The position numbers were made by a program, and so were the translations under genes. A DNA stretch of 64,000 bases from Candidatus Bathyarchaeota archaeon (GTDB taxonomy: Archaea; Thermoproteota; Bathyarchaeia; Bathyarchaeales; Bathycorpusculaceae). Positions 59,503-64,000 of this stretch are shown in pieces. Positions within the stretch are counted from its first letter, which is position 1, and every line of letters begins with the position of its first letter. The notes under the pieces are model-generated. The model saw only the letters and a list, made by a program, of their open reading frames with translations, was not told the origin of the DNA and did not search any database. The stretch covers positions 128,001 through 192,000 of the forward strand of contig CAWGZR010000005.1 of assembly GCA_963827165.1 (NCBI GenBank). Reading direction: 5' to 3'.

Positions 59503-60061
59503 ATGGCTTCCCAGTCGATCAGTCCTTTTCAGGCTTTCTTAATGGTTTTGCTGATTATTTTCAAGAGAGCTCGTTTATGGTTGTGAAGCAACTTTTGGAT
59601 GCAGGATTAACTCCTGTTGCCGTTGCAACGTTTAGGTTTCTGGTCGCTGGAGCCTTCTTTTGTGGGCAGCCTACAGTTTGCTTGGGCAGAAAATTATGCA
59701 GAAATATGACGCTTTCCTCGTTGTCTCATACGTCAGCCTTCTTGGCGGTCTCTGCTTGATTCCTTTTTCCTTGGCTCAAAACTCCTTCAGCTTGCTTTTG
59801 ACAATGAACGCGATTGAATGGCTGGATATACTTTACCTATCTGTGACCTGTTCACTTCTCGGCTACTTCATCTGGTTCTACGTGCTCAAGAAAGCTGGGG
59901 CTAAAGCCAGCACTTTTCTCTTTGCCGAACCATTGATAACGGCAGTTTTCGCCGTAATGTTCGTTAGCGAAACGCTTTACCCTTCAGTGATTGTTGGCGC
60001 GGTTTTGATTTTCGTTGGCGTTTTCTTGGTTACATTTTACAAGGGGAACAAACAGAATTGA
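59503..60061 (+). pseudogene. DMT/EamA transporter pseudogene (frameshifts, internal deletion)
   Basis: Three frames: MASQ..LLIIF / SSFMVVKQLL..TP...RFLVA / WAAYSL...FLFAEPL...GAVLIFVGV; about half of a 10-TM EamA is missing. Confidence 0.75.
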
Positions 60062-60156
60062 ATCCTCCATGCCTCGGCAAGGTAAATTCTAATATTACCC
60101 AACGCATTTCCTTAAGCCAAACAGCTTAAATCAAGCCTTGAATAAGCAAACTGTGC

Positions 60157-60231
60157 GGGCCGGTCGTCTAGCCTGGTTAGGACGTTGGCTTTACACGCCA
60201 AAGGTCGCCGGTTCAAGTCCGGCTCGGCCCA
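60157..60231 (+). tRNA. tRNA-Val(TAC)
   Basis: GGGCCGG/TCGGCCC acceptor; TTGGC-TT-TAC-AC-GCCAA; GCCGG-TTCAAGT-CCGGC. Confidence 0.95.
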
Positions 60232-60324
60232 CCTTAACCTTTTAAGAGCCAAAAGACTCAGTCCCCGGTCTTAAGTAAGTACATATATGCATGTATGTAT
60301 ACATGTGTAATTGAGGTATTACAG

Positions 60325-60570
60325 TTGGTCAGAGTGATATCGATATCTGATGAAGTCTATTTTGAGCTGTCACGAATTAAAAACGGAATGTCGTTTACAG
60401 AGCTACTTAAGACTCTAATTGAGAAATGTGAGAATAAAGGCGATCCAAAAAGAATCCTTGATTTCTTGAATTCGCATGAAGCCTTAAGTGAAGATAGCGC
60501 CGAGAAAATAACTGCTGAAATAGAGAAAAGCAGAAAACATGCTTTCCAACGAAAAATCTTGATCGAGTGA
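60325..60570 (+). CDS. VapB-type antitoxin (DUF217-like)
   Basis: VISISDEVYFELSRIK..MSFTELL; TTG start after GAGGT; palindrome-rich upstream region 60278-60306. Confidence 0.8.
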   Translation: MVRVISISDEVYFELSRIKNGMSFTELLKTLIEKCENKGDPKRILDFLNSHEALSEDSAEKITAEIEKSRKHAFQRKILIE

Positions 60571-60574
60571 TGCA

Positions 60575-60949
60575 ATGGTAATTCTCGATTCATCTATAAT
60601 CATTGATGCATTAAGAAAAAAGAAATCCGCCCTGGACTTGATAGAAGCCTACGCCGAAAAAGAACAAATTGCAATTACAGTTATCAACAAGTATGAAATA
60701 TTGCGAGGAGCAGTTAAGAAAGACGCAGAATTGGTTTCAGGGTTGATCAGCCAATTTCTAATCTACGACTTAGAGGATTCTATTGTGAACGAAGCGGTAA
60801 ATGCACATAAAAAGCTAGTTGAAAAAGGCAAGATGGTGAATGAGCTTGACGTGCTAATAGCGGGCATAGCCATTGCAAACAATGAAACGCTAATAACAAA
60901 AGACAAAGATTTCCTCAGCTTTCAAAGCTCAAAAATAATAGTACTTTAA
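60575..60949 (+). CDS. vapC: VapC/PIN toxin
   Basis: VILDSSIIID, YEILRG, DVLIAGIA, LITKDKDF. Confidence 0.9.
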   Translation: MVILDSSIIIDALRKKKSALDLIEAYAEKEQIAITVINKYEILRGAVKKDAELVSGLISQFLIYDLEDSIVNEAVNAHKKLVEKGKMVNELDVLIAGIAIANNETLITKDKDFLSFQSSKIIVL

Positions 60950-61003
60950 GGTACTTCGCTGAAACTAAAAATGATTTATTCTCTAAATTAAAAGGTAAAG
61001 TGT

Positions 61004-61186
61004 TTACTCTTTTAGTTTAGGCATTATCTTCGTTGCCCATTCGGTTTTTGTAGCGTAGATTTGACGCAGCTTCGGACTAGCGGTTACAGTCCATGGTTTG
61101 ATTAATGCGCGTCTTTTAGCTCGACCAGCAGAGTTTCTTGATTTGGGTTGCCCTTTCCTTTTTGTTTTATAGTTTTCAGGGTTCAT
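61004..61186 (-). CDS. Small basic hypothetical protein
   Basis: 60-aa Lys/Arg-rich ORF in an otherwise empty interval; no family recognised. Confidence 0.3.
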   Translation of the reverse strand: MNPENYKTKRKGQPKSRNSAGRAKRRALIKPWTVTASPKLRQIYATKTEWATKIMPKLKE

Positions 61187-61282
61187 ATCGAATCGCTGCT
61201 CATAAATGCTCGATATCTAGCATATAGGGGTTTGCCCTCTTTTTTCTTTTTACTCGAGTTTACGGTTGATATGAATGGTTCC

Positions 61283-61678
61283 TTACTGAGAAGTTTCGGC
61301 GCGACAAGTGTTAAACAGTGGGCTGGAAATTATCATGTCTGCTGTCGCTCTGTTGCAGGCTGTCGGAACATTGTACAACACCGCCAGTCTAAGAACCGCT
61401 TTAACATCAACATCATGAGGCTGAGATTCCAGAGGATCCCAAAAGAATATGAGAATATCCAGTTTGTCGTTGGCAATCAAGGCTCCAAGCTCCATGTCTC
61501 CGCCGTAAGGTCCGCTTTTGAGCAGTTTTATCTGCAATCCTGTTTTGTCAATTATCTGCTGACCCGTGGTTCCCGTAGCGTAGAGACAATAGTGAGATAG
61601 CGTTCCCTTATTGAAGTCGCACCATTCAACGATGTCTCTTTTCTTGTTGTCATGTGCGACCAATGCAATACTCTTCAT
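61283..61678 (-). CDS. mgsA: Methylglyoxal synthase
   Basis: IALVAHDNKK, ATGTTG, SGPYGGD, FFWDPL..QPHDVDVKA, PTACNRATAD; ATG at 61678. Confidence 0.93.
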   Translation of the reverse strand: MKSIALVAHDNKKRDIVEWCDFNKGTLSHYCLYATGTTGQQIIDKTGLQIKLLKSGPYGGDMELGALIANDKLDILIFFWDPLESQPHDVDVKAVLRLAVLYNVPTACNRATADMIISSPLFNTCRAETSQ

Positions 61679-62099
61679 GAATGTTCCTGCTCTCTTGTTT
61701 TGGAGCCTAAATGAGGCATTAGATAAAAACATGCTTGAATTTGTCGGGTAATTCATTGAATGTTTCTGTCCTTTTTTAACGTGGAGAAGCCGAGCAGAAG
61801 ATCCACAAGATTGGGCATTGGAATTCAATAAACTAGGGTATTTGATTTAAGGTGATTACAGCCATCACCTGAGAAGCTTCATTATTGAACAAATAAGCAT
61901 CAGTTACTCATGCCCATAATAGCCCATGACGATCTTGAAAACGGAAAATGAATGGAGAAAAAATCGGTTAACAGGTAACTAGCCTATATACTAAAACAGC
62001 ACATAACATCTTGTTGTGGGGAGTATTTAGAAGGGTAAACCCTGCCTCGAACTTGCTCGCAATATAGTTTCTGGCAAAACATTTAGGGAGTTTAAAGAT

Positions 62100-62726
62100 T
62101 TGAATCAGAAAAAAACAACAATAATGGAGTATCTCGCGTTTCTATCCGTAAAAGAAGGCGTCTACCTGCAAGAACTTCATCGCGCCATGGTTGAAGCGAA
62201 AGAAAAGGGAAAATCAAGCTGCCAAAACTTGACTGTTGAATACCGCGGCAGTGTAAAAGATGAAGCCATCTTTCTGATTACAAAAAGCACCAAAGTAATA
62301 GTTCAGTTTAGGCTTGCTCAGGAAATTCTACTTAGAAAAAACATCAGCTTCGAAACTTGGATGGACACCGACAAGATACGCCGCCAAATGAACAAACAAA
62401 ATGAATCACCAAAAACCTCCCTGATGGTTCAAAACCTCCGGCATGGAATGAAGAAAGTCAATTTGGAAGCGAAGGTTCTTGAAACTCAAAAGCCCTCGAT
62501 AGTTCAAACGCGCTATGGAAACAGCGCCAGAGTGACCAATGCGTTGATAGCTGATGAAACGGGAAAAATCAAGCTTTGCCTCTGGAATGAACAAGCAGAT
62601 AATCTTGCAGTTGGGGACACCGTGCAGATTAGGAACGCTTCAGTTTCGACTTTTAAAGGTGAAAGACAGGTGCGCCTTGGAAAAACCGCGACTCTTAACG
62701 TTCTGCAAAACCAGCTCGCTTTGTAA
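62100..62726 (+). CDS. Single OB-fold ssDNA-binding protein (SSB/RPA-like) with N-terminal extension
   Basis: C-terminal VNLEAKVLE...IADETGKIKLCLWN...GDTVQIRNA....FKGE. Confidence 0.8.
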   Translation: MNQKKTTIMEYLAFLSVKEGVYLQELHRAMVEAKEKGKSSCQNLTVEYRGSVKDEAIFLITKSTKVIVQFRLAQEILLRKNISFETWMDTDKIRRQMNKQNESPKTSLMVQNLRHGMKKVNLEAKVLETQKPSIVQTRYGNSARVTNALIADETGKIKLCLWNEQADNLAVGDTVQIRNASVSTFKGERQVRLGKTATLNVLQNQLAL

Positions 62727-63036
62727 AACAACGAAAGAATCAAGGAAAAAACATAACTTCCCAGTTGCGAATTTCGGCTTTCAAGCATCGTCCTAAATAG
62801 TAATCAGATCAAAAACAACGCGGTCAACCGGAAGCAGTGATTAAATGGAAATTTATCAATTGGGCATTAATTTTCCAGGGCACATTTCTTCTTTTCACCC
62901 ATTTAGTTAAGACAAGTAAAAACACTTACGAAAAAAGCTATCTAGATATCCCTAAATACCTTGTCTTACTTTCCTTTTTTCAAAGCAATTAATCCGTCAG
63001 ACTCTACATGATAGAGATTTAGTTAAGGTTGAAATC

Positions 63037-64000
63037 TTGAAAAACAGGGCACACAACTATCAAGAAACCTTGCGGATTGGTCTGAGACTATACCGTGGGT
63101 TAATTTTGAACTCATTTGGAGCGAAAGCGCCTTTGTTTGGCGGGCATAAGTTAACTTATAAATGTAATCTAAAGTGTAAAATGTGCCCTTTCTGGAGACG
63201 ATCCAGCGAAGATCTAAGCACCCAAAAGGAAAAAGAAATTCTTAGACAACTTTACTACTCAGGCGTCTGCGCAGTCGGGCTCGAAGGCGGAGAGCCGCTC
63301 CTCAGAAAAGACTTGCCTGAAATCCTAGCCTATTCCAGTTCCCTACCTCTACACACGAGCATCATAACGAATGGAACGCTTCTCAAATCAAGGATAGATG
63401 AAATAGCCCCATACATCAGCGGCAAGGTCGTTGTTTCCTTAGACGGCACGGAGAAAACTCATGACTTGATCAGAGGAGTTGATGGTTGTTTCAAAAGAGC
63501 GGTAGAGGGCATAACTGCAGCAAAGGACAAAGTGTCAATAGCCATCAATATGACGGTAATGGCTGACAATTTTCATGATGTTGAAGACATAGTGAAGCTT
63601 GCGAAAGATTTAGGTGTAAAAATAGTGTTATCGGTCGCCCATGAATACAGAAGCACCGATGCTACAGCACCAGAAACTGACGAACTCAAAAAAGTCGCTC
63701 AACAGCTAATTTTACTAAAGAGAAAAGGTTATCCCATCATGAACACAACAAGTTACTTAAAAGTGATAGCTAAAGAAAGAAACTGGAACTGCAAACCCTG
63801 GTCGGTCGTCAATATTGGCACAGATGGTCGTTTGGTTCTACCTTGTTATGTTCATAATCAGTATGAGACAGGGATTTCTGTTTTTGAGAACAGCATTAAA
63901 GCGGCGATTTCTGCTTTCGATTGGGAAGCAATGCGTGGTTGCATAAAATGCAATCTTCATTGTTATGTAGAGCCGTCTCTTGTACTTTCTTGGGATTTGC
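63037..64000 (+). CDS. Radical SAM protein with C-terminal SPASM/twitch-like region (3'-truncated by window edge; absent from ORF track)
   Basis: TTG 63037; CNLKCKMC, EGGEPLLR, ITNG, VSLDG, HD.IRG, CKPW...PCY, C..CNLHCYVE. Confidence 0.88.
   Translation, partial: MKNRAHNYQETLRIGLRLYRGLILNSFGAKAPLFGGHKLTYKCNLKCKMCPFWRRSSEDLSTQKEKEILRQLYYSGVCAVGLEGGEPLLRKDLPEILAYSSSLPLHTSIITNGTLLKSRIDEIAPYISGKVVVSLDGTEKTHDLIRGVDGCFKRAVEGITAAKDKVSIAINMTVMADNFHDVEDIVKLAKDLGVKIVLSVAHEYRSTDATAPETDELKKVAQQLILLKRKGYPIMNTTSYLKVIAKERNWNCKPWSVVNIGTDGRLVLPCYVHNQYETGISVFENSIKAAISAFDWEAMRGCIKCNLHCYVEPSLVLSWDL

Noticed and set aside
61925-61985. KTENEWRK fragment resembling an MsrB N-terminus
   Set aside because: Too short, with no downstream catalytic motifs

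Overview
Archaeal chromosomal window, most consistent with Bathyarchaeia/TACK (inferred from F420-dependent Mtd, form III RuBisCO with AMP phosphorylase, an Elf1-like protein, a tRNA with a non-canonical intron, and frequent TTG/GTG starts). Most of it is housekeeping: lysA-dapF-dapL, hisGDCBHAFI, archease/RtcB, adk, trxB, ribK, ino1, ADP-forming acyl-CoA ligase, three tRNAs (Gly-TCC with intron, iMet, Val-TAC) and three VapBC loci. There is no CRISPR array, rRNA, integrase or transposase. The strongest candidates for novelty are: (1) an Nfn/Sud-type flavoprotein operon led by a tandem (ferredoxin-MvhD)x2 protein, with an altered NAD-binding loop in the small subunit; (2) F420-Mtd next to an NAD(P)-type MtdA/B fused to a TraB/ChaN-like domain; (3) two diverged, inverted copies of a ~350-400 nt non-coding element ending in arrays with exact 10-nt periodicity; (4) two 130-bp MITEs; (5) cargo modules bounded by tRNA 3'-end scars downstream of tRNA-Gly; (6) unusual fusions and pairings (rubredoxin-TPP oxidase, YHS-glucan phosphorylase, GcvH plus Nox/CoADR). 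Several lost or non-canonical starts, frameshifts and Gly->Cys changes could be biology or consensus-sequence error. All family calls come from motif recognition by eye, not database searches.
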